Position numbers and translations under genes: made by a program. A stretch of 63,319 nucleotides of DNA, filler included, from assembly GCA_964501035.1 (NCBI GenBank). It is 3 parts of 3 records of this genome, joined end to end, with 100 filler letters (N's around TTAATTAATTAA, not from the genome) between each part and the next. Parts side by side here need not be neighbours in the genome. Positions count along the whole stretch, not along the records: positions 22,424 to 43,625 come from CAZCRK010000022.1; positions 43,726 to 63,319 come from CAZCRK010000026.1; 1 more part is not named here. The stretch is one strand, 5' to 3'. The notes under the pieces are model-generated. The model ran no database searches. It saw only the letters and a program-made list of their open reading frames with translations, and was not told the DNA's origin. Below are positions 42,328-53,134 of this stretch, in pieces (the first letter of the stretch is position 1; every line of letters starts with the position of its first letter).

Positions 42328-42357
42328 GAAACAACAACGGGGCCATATGACCCCGTT
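42328..42357 (-). terminator. Probable terminator hairpin after mdh
   Basis: Minus strand AACGGGGTC-ATAT-GGCCCCGTT followed by GTTGTTT. Confidence 0.6.
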
Positions 42358-42383
42358 AACTTAAAACTGGTTTATCTTATTAG

Positions 42384-43319
42384 TTAAAGTCCAGTCTCAC
42401 TGACTGTTTTCTTTACTGCATTAAGTGTATTGCCTAGTTCTTCTTTTTCAGATTCAAGGAGGTCAAATTCTAATATTTTCTCTACACCACCAGACCCTAT
42501 TACAGATGGTACACCAATAAAGTATCCATCAATACCAAATTCGCCCTCACATAAAGACGCGCATGGAATTACACGTTTTTTATCAAGCAAATATGCTTCT
42601 GCCATTTCAATAGCTGAAGCTGCAGGGGCATAAAAAGCAGAACCATTGCCAAACAACTTTACTATTTCACCACCCGCAACACGTGTACGTTGTTCAATTG
42701 CTGCTAATCTTTCGCTTGGGATTAAACTTGTAACAGGCACACCACCAACAGTTGCAAGACGTGTAATAGGAACCATTGTATCACCATGTCCACCCAACAC
42801 CATACAGGTTACATCTTGTACTGAATATCCAGTTTCCATTGCAATAAATGTTCTAAAACGACTACTATCAAGTGCTCCTGCCATACCAACTACTTTATTT
42901 TTACTAAAACCTGACACTTTATGAAACGCATACACAATTGCATCTAAGGGATTGGATACTACAATAACAAACGCATTTGGAGCATACTTTTTAACGTTAT
43001 TTGCAACATCTGTTATAATCTTAATATTAATTCCTAACAAATCATCACGACTCATTCCAGGCTTCCTTGGCACACCTGCAGTGATAATTACAACATCAGA
43101 ATCTGATAAACATGAAGGATCACTGGAACCAGTTAATTCGACATCATATCCATCATGTGGACGCAATTGCATTAAATCCAACGCCTTCCCCTTAATCATG
43201 CCCTCAGCGTTTGGAATATCGTAAATTACAACATCACCAAGTTCTTTTTGTGCTATAAGTAATGCTAGATTACCACCAATTTGACCACCGCCAATTAAAG
43301 CAATTTTATTTCGTTTCAT
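42384..43319 (-). CDS. mdh: Malate dehydrogenase (LDH-like)
   Basis: [30 protein letters not shown]. Confidence 0.95.
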   Translation of the reverse strand: MKRNKIALIGGGQIGGNLALLIAQKELGDVVIYDIPNAEGMIKGKALDLMQLRPHDGYDVELTGSSDPSCLSDSDVVIITAGVPRKPGMSRDDLLGINIKIITDVANNVKKYAPNAFVIVVSNPLDAIVYAFHKVSGFSKNKVVGMAGALDSSRFRTFIAMETGYSVQDVTCMVLGGHGDTMVPITRLATVGGVPVTSLIPSERLAAIEQRTRVAGGEIVKLFGNGSAFYAPAASAIEMAEAYLLDKKRVIPCASLCEGEFGIDGYFIGVPSVIGSGGVEKILEFDLLESEKEELGNTLNAVKKTVSETGL

Positions 43320-43509
43320 TATTTTTCCTTACTATTTATATTTAAAAATATATCGATGTCTTAATTTACATGTTTTCCATATATCAATTAAATATTAAAC
43401 TTCAGTTAACTGTTGTATTTAAGTGAGTATGTTAATAAATTTTAAACTCATATTATTTGAGTTATTTACAAATAAACTTATTTTTCTAATGGAGTATTAT
43501 ACAAAATTT

Positions 43510-43625
43510 ATGAAATATTTATTAGGCTTACTGATTTCTTTACATTTTATATCAGCACAAACTGATCCAAATTGGTCAATTAATCCACCAGATTTTGAAT
43601 TTACAGGTTCTATCACAGCACATGT
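43510..43625 (+). CDS. N-terminus of a secreted protein, truncated by the gap
   Basis: MKYLLGLLISLHFISA signal peptide then QTDPNWSINPPDFEFTGSITA. Confidence 0.6.
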
Positions 43626-43725
43626 NNNNNNNNNNNNNNNNNNNNNNNNNNNNNNNNNNNNNNNNNNNNTTAATTAATTAANNNNNNNNNNNNNNNNNNN
43701 NNNNNNNNNNNNNNNNNNNNNNNNN
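43626..43725. other. Gap with artificial contig linker TTAATTAATTAA
   Basis: 44 N + linker (43670-43681) + 44 N. Confidence 0.97.
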
Positions 43726-44356
43726 CTTGTATTTCTTTATTCTTTCCTTTTAAAAATTCAAGAATTCGTTCAATCATTTTGTTATACTCTTTTTGTGAAA
43801 CTAAGCCCTCGCATGGACCCTCACATCGTTTTATATGATAGTCTAAGCAAACTTGACCTTTTCTTGAAAATATGTAATCATCATTTATAAAGGAAGTGCA
43901 CGTTCTTAATGGAAATATTTTGTGAATAACACGCATTACTTGACGCAATCGTTTACCATCTGTAAATGGGCCAAAGTAAGCATGTCCATCTTTGGTTAAA
44001 TTTTTCAATCGAATAACTTCTATTCGAGGATAAGGTTCATTGGTGATTTGCAAGTAGGGAAATGTTTTATCATCCTTCATTAATACATTATATCTAGGAC
44101 GATGTTCTTTAATCATATTCACTTCAGTAAGTAAAGCTTCTACTTCATCTCGAACAACCATCCATTCAACATCAGCAATATGTCTTACCATAACGAGTGT
44201 TTTGGGGTCTTTACCGCCATCACCTGAAAAATATGATCGGACTCTGTTTTTTAAGATTTTTGCTTTTCCAATGTAAATAATTTTGTCATTTTTGTTTTTA
44301 AAAAAATAAACGCCTGGCGATTTAGGAAGTCTGGATAATTTATCTTTAATGGACAT
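43726..44356 (-). CDS. uvrC: Excinuclease ABC subunit C, N-terminal part (truncated by gap)
   Basis: PGVY...IIYIGKA..LKNRVRSYF, DDKTFPY, YFGPF, CLDYHIKRC.GPC. Confidence 0.95.
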
Positions 44357-44424
44357 GAATTAAATATGTTTAAAAATGATTATGTATTGAAAGCAAATTA
44401 ATGATTCTACTTTCAAATGAAAAT

Positions 44425-45204
44425 TTAGGAATTTTCTTTTCCTTTTGCTTTTTCCCAAATAATATCCATTTGTTCTAAAGTTGCATCTTCTAAGGGAATA
44501 TTTTGTTTCTTTAATTCTTTTTCGATGATTCTAAATCTATTTTCAAATTTTGATATTGTCATTCTCAAAGAGTCTTCAGCGCTAATATTTACAAATCGAC
44601 CTAAATTAACAAGTGCAAACAAAGCATCCCCAAGTTCATCTTTTATTTTTTCTGGGTCATTTGTTGAAAATGCATCTTTCAACTCATCAATTTCTTCAAA
44701 AACTTTATCCCATACAGGTTCAATCTCTTTCCAGTCAAACCCAACATGTGATGCTTTTTCTTGAATACGTCTTGCACGTGTTAAAGCAGGTAATTTTTTT
44801 GGCACACCATCTAAAAAGTTTTTTCGTTTTTTTTCTTTTTGTTTTGCTTGTTCCCAGCTGATATCTTCTTGAGTATCTTCGGCTAATTTAAAAACGTGTG
44901 GATGTCGCTTAACTAATTTTTCACTAATAAAATTAAGAGAGTCTGAAAGTGTAAATTTGCCAGATTCCTCAGCGAGTTCAGTTTGAAAAAGAATATGTAA
45001 CATTAAATCACCTAACTCTTCTTTTAATAACTGGGAATTTTTGTCCTCAATTGCCTCTATGACTTCATATGTTTCCTCAAGAAGATAAGGAATAAGAGTT
45101 TCAGATGTTTGCTCTCTATCCCACTCACACCCACCCGGCGCACGCAAAGTTTTGATTATATCAATGAGCTTGACAAAACTGTCTTGTGCCTGATTACTAC
45201 TCAT
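44425..45204 (-). CDS. mazG: Nucleoside triphosphate pyrophosphohydrolase MazG
   Basis: LR..GGCEWDREQT, EELGDL, RHPHVF, GFDW. Confidence 0.94.
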   Translation of the reverse strand: MSSNQAQDSFVKLIDIIKTLRAPGGCEWDREQTSETLIPYLLEETYEVIEAIEDKNSQLLKEELGDLMLHILFQTELAEESGKFTLSDSLNFISEKLVKRHPHVFKLAEDTQEDISWEQAKQKEKKRKNFLDGVPKKLPALTRARRIQEKASHVGFDWKEIEPVWDKVFEEIDELKDAFSTNDPEKIKDELGDALFALVNLGRFVNISAEDSLRMTISKFENRFRIIEKELKKQNIPLEDATLEQMDIIWEKAKGKENS

Positions 45205-46462
45205 CAGATACATCTTTCGGAACATCAAAGACTGGTGGACTAACTAAAATTTTACCTATACGATTTCCCTCTAAATTCTTTACAGTAAACTTTCGATTTA
45301 GGTAGGATATTTCAATATTTGGTTTCGGGATATCACCTAGGTAATCAAACACAAATCCACCCAAAGTATCATATTCCCGTTCCTCGGGAAATTCAATTTC
45401 AGTTTCTTCTTCAAAATCATAAATCGATATGGAAGCATCTACTAAATAACTACCATCACTTTGTTGTTTAATAAAAAATTCATCTTTATCATAGGGGTCT
45501 CGTATTTCTCCAAGAACCTCCTCAACAACATCTTCTAAAGTAACCAATCCTGATGTACCTCCCCACTCGTCAACTACAATAGCAATATTGGTTTTTCGGG
45601 ATTTAAACTCATTTAAAAGCTCATCAATACGTTTGTTTTCGGGGACAAAAAATGGTTGTCTAGCAATTGTGGTTAAATTCACATTTGGTCTAGACCCCAT
45701 TAAATATGGTACTAAATCTTTAGCGTATAAAATTCCTTTAATATTATCAACACTATCTTTGTACACTGGAATTTTTGAAAATTGTTTGTCATTGATTATA
45801 TCCATGGCTTCATCAATAGAAGTTGAAGATTGCAAGGCAACCATATCCACTCTTGGGGTTATTATTTCACGCACCATTTTATCTTTAAACTCAAAAATGG
45901 ACTGAATCATATCTGATTCTTCTTCTTGAAGTGTTCCTTCTTCTTCACCAAGTTCAGTAAGTATAATTAATTCTTCTTCAGAATCAAATATCTTCTCTTT
46001 TTGTTTGGGCATCAATTTCATTACTACTGACGTAATTGAATAAAACACAAATGCAATAGGATATAATATTTTGATTAAAATTCGAAGGAATAAATTTACA
46101 GTTTTTGCAAAATTTTCTGATTGACGAATGGCAATTAGTTTGGGAATTATTTCACCGAATACTAACACAATTGCTGATACTAAAATAACCTCAAACATAA
46201 CAATTAAGGATTCAGATTTCTGATACTTTTGTGCAATTTTAGTTGCAATGATAGCAGACATAAATGCTAAAGCTACATTCACTAAGGTATTACCAGTTAA
46301 CAACGATACTAGTAATTTTCGAGGATCTTTAAGTAGATTTGAAACAGATTCTGGAATATCTTTTTTATGTTCTTTTACATTAAAATATGCAGTTTCAGAC
46401 CCCGAAAAAAATGCAGATAAAAACAACAAAGTTATAAATGTCAACACAACTGTAATTATCAT
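45197..46462 (-). CDS. CNNM/hemolysin-family protein (DUF21-CBS-CorC)
   Basis: SAFFSGSETA, GEIIPK, TPRVDM, VVDEWGGTSGLVTLED, YDTLGG. Confidence 0.92.
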   Translation of the reverse strand: MIITVVLTFITLLFLSAFFSGSETAYFNVKEHKKDIPESVSNLLKDPRKLLVSLLTGNTLVNVALAFMSAIIATKIAQKYQKSESLIVMFEVILVSAIVLVFGEIIPKLIAIRQSENFAKTVNLFLRILIKILYPIAFVFYSITSVVMKLMPKQKEKIFDSEEELIILTELGEEEGTLQEEESDMIQSIFEFKDKMVREIITPRVDMVALQSSTSIDEAMDIINDKQFSKIPVYKDSVDNIKGILYAKDLVPYLMGSRPNVNLTTIARQPFFVPENKRIDELLNEFKSRKTNIAIVVDEWGGTSGLVTLEDVVEEVLGEIRDPYDKDEFFIKQQSDGSYLVDASISIYDFEEETEIEFPEEREYDTLGGFVFDYLGDIPKPNIEISYLNRKFTVKNLEGNRIGKILVSPPVFDVPKDVSDE

Positions 46463-46899
46463 ATATTTATAATACTTATATTATTTACTTCAAGGTATTT
46501 ATTTTCTAATTCTTGCATTTTCTTTTTATCATTTGGTGTCTGATCATCGTACCCGCATAAATGGAGTATTCCATGGATTATGATTCGTTTTAATTCATTG
46601 TTGTTACTTACTTTAAAGGTAGAAGCATTTTCAATAACTCGGTCCCAACTGATATAAATTTCCCCTTCTAGATGTTCACCTTCATCTTCTAAATTAAACG
46701 AAATTACATCAGTAAATACATCAATATCAAAGAATTGTTTTTTTAGTTGCCGAACCCTTTCATCATTTGTCAAAATGATATTAACATTTCCATCTGTAAT
46801 TCCTTCCGATTCAAGTACAGATGTTACCACCTGTTTTGCTGAATCGGAGTGCATCGGTAAAGGGTCGTCAGTTTCGATATGGTATTGGATTTGAATCAT
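46459..46899 (-). CDS. ybeY: rRNA maturation endoribonuclease YbeY
   Basis: TDVISF, GEIYIS, HGILHLCGYDD. Confidence 0.93.
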   Translation of the reverse strand: MIQIQYHIETDDPLPMHSDSAKQVVTSVLESEGITDGNVNIILTNDERVRQLKKQFFDIDVFTDVISFNLEDEGEHLEGEIYISWDRVIENASTFKVSNNNELKRIIIHGILHLCGYDDQTPNDKKKMQELENKYLEVNNISIINI

Positions 46900-48050
46900 A
46901 CAGAGGCAACTGCCTTTAGTACCTCTCGAGATATTATAATTCGTTGAACTTCACTAGTACCTTCGCCTATTTCTAAAATTTTAGCATCCCTAAAAAACCG
47001 TTCTACTTCGTATTCTTTAATATAGCCGTAACCACCTAAAATTTGAATAGCATCCGTAGTTACATCCATTGCAGTTTCACTAGACATCAATTTACCCATT
47101 GCTGCTTCCTTGGTTACTGATTGATTATGGTCTTTTAACCATGCAGCATGATAGACCAAATGTTTGGATGCTTCAATTTGTGTAGCCATATCAGCTAATT
47201 TAAATCCAATCCCTTGAAACTTATTTATTGATGAGCCAAATGCTTCTCTTTCTTGTGAATATTTCAAGGCAATTTCATACGCACCCTGAGCTGTACCTAA
47301 TCCCAACGCACCAATTGTTATACGACCACCCGTAAGAGTTTTTAGAAATTGTTTAAATCCAGTAGATGTACTCCCTAAAATGTTTCCAACTGGAATTCTC
47401 ATATTTTCGAAATAAATTGATCGTGTATCAGAACCTCTCCAACCCATTTTCTTTTCAGGTGGGCTCAATGTCATTCCGTCTGTATTTGCATCGGCAAATA
47501 GTGCGCCAATTCCTTTACTTTCACCGTCTTCTTCAATGACAGCTGTAAAAACAATTACACCTGCTTCACCTGCATTTGTACAAAATACTTTTTGACCATT
47601 AACAACATATTCATCACCGTCTCTCACTGCTTTAGTTTGTGTATTCCCTGCATCACTTCCTGCATTGGGTTCAGTGAGTCCAAATGCACCTAACATTTCA
47701 CCAGATGCTAATTTTGTTAAATACTTTTGTTTTTGCTCTTCCGTACCAAACAACGCAAAAGGAGCACTACCTAAGCTAGTATGTGCCATCATTGTGGCTG
47801 CCGTAGATGGACAAACCTTACCGAGTTCTTCAATTGCAATAACCAACGCACGAGTATCCATTCCAGTGCCATTGTATGCTTCATCCCAAGGGATACCCAT
47901 TAATCCAAGTTCTGCCATTTTAGCGACAGATTCATGTGGAAATTTCCCAGATTCATCAACATCAATTGCAATAGGTTTTAACTCGTTTTGAGCAAAATCT
48001 CGTGCCATTTCTCGTAACATGTCATGTTCTTCATTAAAATATATATTCAT
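46896..48050 (-). CDS. Acyl-CoA dehydrogenase
   Basis: FGLTEPNAGSD, NGQKVF, GGYGY, EIGEGTSEVQR. Confidence 0.95.
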   Translation of the reverse strand: MNIYFNEEHDMLREMARDFAQNELKPIAIDVDESGKFPHESVAKMAELGLMGIPWDEAYNGTGMDTRALVIAIEELGKVCPSTAATMMAHTSLGSAPFALFGTEEQKQKYLTKLASGEMLGAFGLTEPNAGSDAGNTQTKAVRDGDEYVVNGQKVFCTNAGEAGVIVFTAVIEEDGESKGIGALFADANTDGMTLSPPEKKMGWRGSDTRSIYFENMRIPVGNILGSTSTGFKQFLKTLTGGRITIGALGLGTAQGAYEIALKYSQEREAFGSSINKFQGIGFKLADMATQIEASKHLVYHAAWLKDHNQSVTKEAAMGKLMSSETAMDVTTDAIQILGGYGYIKEYEVERFFRDAKILEIGEGTSEVQRIIISREVLKAVASV

Positions 48051-48071
48051 AATCAATCCTTAATAGTTAAA

Positions 48072-49064
48072 TTACCATTTCACAATTGCAGAAGCCCATG
48101 TAAATCCTGAGCCAAACGCTGCAAATACAACCAAATCTCCCTTTTTGATGCGATTTTCAACCATTGCCTCAGACAATGCAATAGGGATTGATGCGGCTGT
48201 TGTATTTCCATATTTTTGAATGTTCATAAATAATTGGTCATCACGCAATTGTAATCGTTTCTGTATCATTTGAGCAATACGAACATTCGCTTGATGTGGA
48301 ACCAATAAATCGATATCGCTTGGGGTTAATCCATTTTTTTCTAACCCTTCTAAGATAACTTCAGGAAACCGAGTCACTGCGTGGCGAAACACCTCACGAC
48401 CATTCATTTTTAAATACTGTTTACCCGCATCTAAAACTTCTGAAGTTAACCGTGGTGATTCAGCGCTAGCTGGTGCTTCTAACCACAATTCTTTGGCGTG
48501 TTTGCCCTCTGAATGTAAATGTGTTGACAGAATTCCTCTATCCTCTTCCGTCGCACTGATAACAGCTGCACCTGCACCATCACCGAAAATAACAGCAGTA
48601 TCTCTACCTCTATTTGTCAAATCCATTGCAGTGGATTGAATTTCAGCTCCAATAAGTAAAATATGTTTACACTCGCCAGTTTTTATATATTGCTGGGCAA
48701 TAGACATTCCATACACAAATCCTGAACATTGCACACGAATATCTAGTGCACCAATCGTATCAAATCCCATTTTTTCTTGGATAAAACACCCAGAACCCGG
48801 TGCAAAGTAATCAGGAGTTGATGTAGCAAAAATAATTAAATCAATATCTTTAACCGTTAAATTTGAATTTTTCAATGCCATTTCTACTGCAGGAATTGCT
48901 AAGTCGGATGTGCTTGTACCCGGTTTGATATACCGTCGTTCTTTGATACCTGTTCGTTCTTGAATCCATTCATCAGTGGTATCCATAAATTGAGATAAAT
49001 ATTCATTTGTAATCACTTGTTCAGGAAGACTAAATCCTGTACCAGATATATATGCATTAGGCAT
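48072..49064 (-). CDS. fabH: Beta-ketoacyl-ACP synthase III
   Basis: QCSGF, FGDGAGA, PHQAN, GNTTAAS. Confidence 0.94.
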   Translation of the reverse strand: MPNAYISGTGFSLPEQVITNEYLSQFMDTTDEWIQERTGIKERRYIKPGTSTSDLAIPAVEMALKNSNLTVKDIDLIIFATSTPDYFAPGSGCFIQEKMGFDTIGALDIRVQCSGFVYGMSIAQQYIKTGECKHILLIGAEIQSTAMDLTNRGRDTAVIFGDGAGAAVISATEEDRGILSTHLHSEGKHAKELWLEAPASAESPRLTSEVLDAGKQYLKMNGREVFRHAVTRFPEVILEGLEKNGLTPSDIDLLVPHQANVRIAQMIQKRLQLRDDQLFMNIQKYGNTTAASIPIALSEAMVENRIKKGDLVVFAAFGSGFTWASAIVKW

Positions 49065-50775
49065 CTGCTCCTCCAATTTTAATATCTTTTAATTCTAACT
49101 GAATATATCGCCGACCATTCCAATCATTTTCACCAATGACATAGGCAATGTCTATCGGTTTGTTTTGGATGAGTTTCTCATATTGTTCAGCCATGCTAAA
49201 TCCAATTACTTCTAATAATGTTTGCTCTTTTTTAACTTGAAATTTTAAAACGTCTTGATTTTTCCCTATTAATTTTGGTATTCCATCAACTTGCAATCCA
49301 CGTGAAACAAAAACAGGTCTCATGTTTTGTGGACCATAGGGCTCTAGAGCATGTAAAAATTTAAGAAATCTTTGGTTTATTTCTGATATATTCATTTCAG
49401 CATTCACAGAAATTTTTGGAATTAAGTCTTCGGTTGAAATTTGATCATCTGCAATGGATGAAAATTGAGCTTTAAATGCCTCTAGTTTTGAAACATCAAT
49501 GGAAAGTCCAGCAGCTATTGGATGACCACCAAAATTAGTTAACAACTCTCGACAATCTCGTAAAGCACTAACCATGTCGAATTTTGGGATACTTCTGCAA
49601 GATCCCTTTCCCACTCCATTTTCAATTGCAATTATTATCACAGGTACATTGAAAATTTCTTTTATTCGTGAGGCTACAATCCCAATAACACCGTGATGCC
49701 AATCTTCTTTCGCTAAAATTATCACTTTTTCATTTGAAATATCACATTCATTTTGGACTAAATGTTCAGCTTCAATGGTAATTGATTGGGTAATGCTTTG
49801 TCGTTTTACATTTTCTTGTTCTAATTCTTCTGCAATTTTCATTGAAAACATTGGGTTATGACTAATCAACAATTTAACTGCTCTTCCTGCATCACCCAAT
49901 CGCCCTGCAGCATTTATTTTGGGAGCAAACCAGAACACTAATCGCCCAGCTGTTACGGGTTTATCACGCAAACCAGATGTTCGCATCAATGCATCTATAC
50001 CTGCTTTTCCGCCTGCTTCAATCAGTTCTATGCCATGTTGAACAATAATCCTATTCTCATCAACAATGGGTACTAAATCAGCTGCAATACCAATTGAGGC
50101 TAGGTCACAATGCTTCCATGCAAGGTCTAAATCGTATTCACCTTTTTCACAAACAGCCATAGCTAATTTTAATGCTACTGAAGCACCACATAACCCTTTA
50201 AATGGGTATTCACATTCATGTTGATGCGGATCTAGAATTGCAACTGCATCAGGTAAAACTTCATCTTGTTTATGGTGATCTGTGATTATTACATCAATAT
50301 TCTTCTCTGTTGCATATGCTACTTGCTTTACAGCCGTAATTCCACAATCACACGTAATTACCAAGTCTGCCCCAATCATTTCTGCATAATCAATGCCTAA
50401 TAAAGAAACACCATATCCTTCATTTTCTCGACTTGGAATATAAAATTGAGCATCTATATCAATGGATCGGAAGAATAATACTAAAATCGATGTTGCTGTG
50501 GTTCCATCAACATCATAGTCTCCCATTATTAAAATCTTACCCTTTTTCTTGACTTGTTGAAGGATTCGGTCAACTGCTTTCTCCATATCTTTCATGAGAA
50601 ATGGATTATGGAGGTTTTCTATTGTGGGTTTGAAAAATGAGCGTGTGATATCTCGTGAAACTAAATTCCGTTGGACCATGATTTTTGCAATTGATTCGGG
50701 CACAGAATATTCTTCTGATACCTGTTTAACCAGACTCTCATCAACCGTTTTAATTTTCCAAACTGGTTCTAGCAT
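49057..50775 (-). CDS. recJ: Single-stranded DNA exonuclease RecJ
   Basis: GDYDVDG, TDHH, PKINAAGRL, GGHPIAAG. Confidence 0.96.
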   Translation of the reverse strand: MLEPVWKIKTVDESLVKQVSEEYSVPESIAKIMVQRNLVSRDITRSFFKPTIENLHNPFLMKDMEKAVDRILQQVKKKGKILIMGDYDVDGTTATSILVLFFRSIDIDAQFYIPSRENEGYGVSLLGIDYAEMIGADLVITCDCGITAVKQVAYATEKNIDVIITDHHKQDEVLPDAVAILDPHQHECEYPFKGLCGASVALKLAMAVCEKGEYDLDLAWKHCDLASIGIAADLVPIVDENRIIVQHGIELIEAGGKAGIDALMRTSGLRDKPVTAGRLVFWFAPKINAAGRLGDAGRAVKLLISHNPMFSMKIAEELEQENVKRQSITQSITIEAEHLVQNECDISNEKVIILAKEDWHHGVIGIVASRIKEIFNVPVIIIAIENGVGKGSCRSIPKFDMVSALRDCRELLTNFGGHPIAAGLSIDVSKLEAFKAQFSSIADDQISTEDLIPKISVNAEMNISEINQRFLKFLHALEPYGPQNMRPVFVSRGLQVDGIPKLIGKNQDVLKFQVKKEQTLLEVIGFSMAEQYEKLIQNKPIDIAYVIGENDWNGRRYIQLELKDIKIGGADA

Positions 50776-50803
50776 TTTTATTTGAAGGACTTCATTGAAA
50801 TTT

Positions 50804-51145
50804 ATTGAGATTAATCTATAAGCCGAATTCTGTACTTAGCAAAGCTAAGCGATAGCCATTCATCTAGACTTATTTTCACAAATAAGTTCTTGCAATCCAC
50901 CCACCGTAAGTGCGGATAACACCGGTTACTTGATTTTGCTCCGAGTGGGGTTTACCTGGCATTCTATATTGCTATAAAATCCGGTGGTCTCTTACACCAC
51001 CATTTCACCTTTATCTATAAATAGATGTTTACTTTCTGTTGCACTTGCCATATCCTAAAAAGGATTCCTCTCGTTAAGAGGCACTCTATCCTGCGGAGTT
51101 CGGACTTTCCTCTCCATATGGAGCGACTATCCGATTAATCTCAAT
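50804..51145 (-). ncRNA. rnpB: RNase P RNA (bacterial type A)
   Basis: Minus strand GAGGAAAGTCCG, AGTGCAACAGAAAG, GTAAACCCC, ACAGAATTCGGCTTA; terminal P1 helix 50804-50816 with 51133-51145. Confidence 0.95.
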
Positions 51146-51153
51146 GTCAAAAA

Positions 51154-51867
51154 TTAATCTTCTGCACCATCCCAAAATAATAAAATTCCACACGATGGGC
51201 ATGAATGTAAATTATCATTTGCTCTAACTTCAATCACAGTCTGTGGTGGTAGTGTACTAAAACAACTTCCACAAGCATTTCTATTTATTGAAATCAATCC
51301 TTTACCATCCCAAGCCTCACGTGTAATATCATATTTACGCAAATAATTTGGGTTTATATCTTTGCAAATCTTTTTACGTTCTTTTTCCAGTTTGGCTTGT
51401 TCTGCTTCAGTTTCTTTTAAAGCTGTATTCAACTCTTTCTGATTTTTATCCAATAACTCAGAAATGGATTTAATTTGTCCGTCACTAATCTTAATTGCAC
51501 TTTCTAAAGATAATTTTTCTTCTTCAAACCCTAATAATTTATCTTCTGAAGATTCTACTTCATGTTTCATATGATCTATTTCTTTATTCAAAGCATCATA
51601 TTCTTTATTTGAAGTAACTAAATATAACTGGTCTTTATATTTTTTAAGTTTTGCAGTATAATCTTCAGTCTCGCCAGTGATTTTACGAACTTCAGAATCA
51701 ATTTCTTGAACACGGGTTGTATCATTTTCCACTTTTGTATTTAGATTAGAAATTTCAGCAGCTTGTTTTTTCACTAAAAAAGGAAGATCTCCCTTTAACT
51801 CTTCAATTTCTAACAACCGTGTATCTACTTCTTGTAATTTAATCAATTGATTCAAAGTTTCTTTCAT
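51154..51867 (-). CDS. Coiled-coil C4 zinc-ribbon protein (DUF164/CT398-like)
   Basis: LIKLQEVD, NKEYDAL.KEI, ACGSCF...CPSCGILL; upstream of rnpB. Confidence 0.9.
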   Translation of the reverse strand: MKETLNQLIKLQEVDTRLLEIEELKGDLPFLVKKQAAEISNLNTKVENDTTRVQEIDSEVRKITGETEDYTAKLKKYKDQLYLVTSNKEYDALNKEIDHMKHEVESSEDKLLGFEEEKLSLESAIKISDGQIKSISELLDKNQKELNTALKETEAEQAKLEKERKKICKDINPNYLRKYDITREAWDGKGLISINRNACGSCFSTLPPQTVIEVRANDNLHSCPSCGILLFWDGAED

Positions 51868-52113
51868 CTAATTCTCTCTTTATATGAGAAATGCACCTAA
51901 AAAGGTGCATTTCAAGTTATTTACAACTATTTTAAATATGCTTCCGATAAAATCGTCTTTATTCGATGCTTCATAAGGTCGATAATTTAAGGGGGTTGTT
52001 AATCAGCAAACAAGAATTGAAAATGAAAATTTCTAAAATATATTTAAAATCTCATCTATGGAAAAATACGAAATATTCTGTAAATTGTTAATTGCAATTT
52101 TATTGGAGAATAT

Positions 52114-52551
52114 GTGCTAGAACAATTACAAGACAAAATGAAGTCTGCAATGAAAGCAGGCGATAAACCTAGATTAATGGGCCTGCGTAATTTGATTGGC
52201 AAGTTAAAAGCAAAGCAAATTGACAAAGGTGAAGCATTAACCGAAGAAGAATCGTTGAAAATTTTACAATCAGCAGCCAAGCAACTACGTGATTCTGTTG
52301 AACAATATAAGCAAGGAGGTCGTGATGATTTAGCTGAAAAAGAATCGTTTGAACTATCTATTGCTGAGGAATTTTTACCAACATTATTGTCTGAAGCAGA
52401 AGTGACTGAAATTGTAAAACAAATTGTTTCTGATGTCGGTGCACAATCAATGAAAGATATGGGTAAAGTTATGGGAGTTTCCATGAAAACTTTAGCAGGT
52501 AAAGCGGATGGAAAAATTGTTCAAATAGTTGTAAGGAATCTGTTATCATGA
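52114..52551 (+). CDS. GatB/YqeY domain protein
   Basis: MKSAMKAGDK, GGRDDLAEKE, MKDMGKVMG. Confidence 0.93.
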   Translation: MLEQLQDKMKSAMKAGDKPRLMGLRNLIGKLKAKQIDKGEALTEEESLKILQSAAKQLRDSVEQYKQGGRDDLAEKESFELSIAEEFLPTLLSEAEVTEIVKQIVSDVGAQSMKDMGKVMGVSMKTLAGKADGKIVQIVVRNLLS

Positions 52552-53126
52552 GTTTTACCCCTCCAGATATTATAATAGCTCTTATTTTAGCTTTTTTTGC
52601 ATTTAATGGATTACGTCACGGGTTTATTCATGAAATTGCTCGAATCATCAGTCTAATTGGTGGGTTTATTTGTGCATCCAAATTTAACGGTGAAATACAA
52701 CCTTATCTAGCACCCTATATTTCCAATGAATCTCTATTAGTGACTGCATCCTATATGATTGTATTTACAATTGTAGTTATTATAATATCGCTTATCGCCC
52801 AGATTATTCAGAAGTTCTTTGAGCTTATTCTTCTTGGTTGGTTGAATAGATTACTGGGATTTTTATTAGGCATTATAAAAGGATTTCTTATTGTTAGTTT
52901 AATGATTTTTATCATCCAGGCTATCCCCGTTGAAATGGGTGATGAAAATAGTATGAAAAATCGACTTGAAAATGAATCCATTATGTACCAAATATGCAAT
53001 AATGTAAAAGAAACTGTAATTTCTGGTTTGGCATTGTCAAATCAAGTTAACTCGTTACAAAAAACACTAAACACAATTGGTGATGAATCTAATATTCAAG
53101 AAATATTAGGACAAGATACACCCTAA
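52548..53126 (+). CDS. CvpA family membrane protein
   Basis: GLRHGFIHE, LNRLLGFLLGIIKG; precedes mutS2. Confidence 0.88.
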   Translation: MSFTPPDIIIALILAFFAFNGLRHGFIHEIARIISLIGGFICASKFNGEIQPYLAPYISNESLLVTASYMIVFTIVVIIISLIAQIIQKFFELILLGWLNRLLGFLLGIIKGFLIVSLMIFIIQAIPVEMGDENSMKNRLENESIMYQICNNVKETVISGLALSNQVNSLQKTLNTIGDESNIQEILGQDTP

Positions 53127-53134
53127 GTTAATAC

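Noticed and set aside
42232..42383. Glycine riboswitch upstream of the alanine/glycine symporter
   Set aside because: No aptamer consensus visible; only the mdh terminator and AT-rich sequence.
42430..43224. Short antisense ORFs in the track (here and throughout)
   Set aside because: Shadow frames opposite well-supported genes, with no recognisable motifs or RBS.
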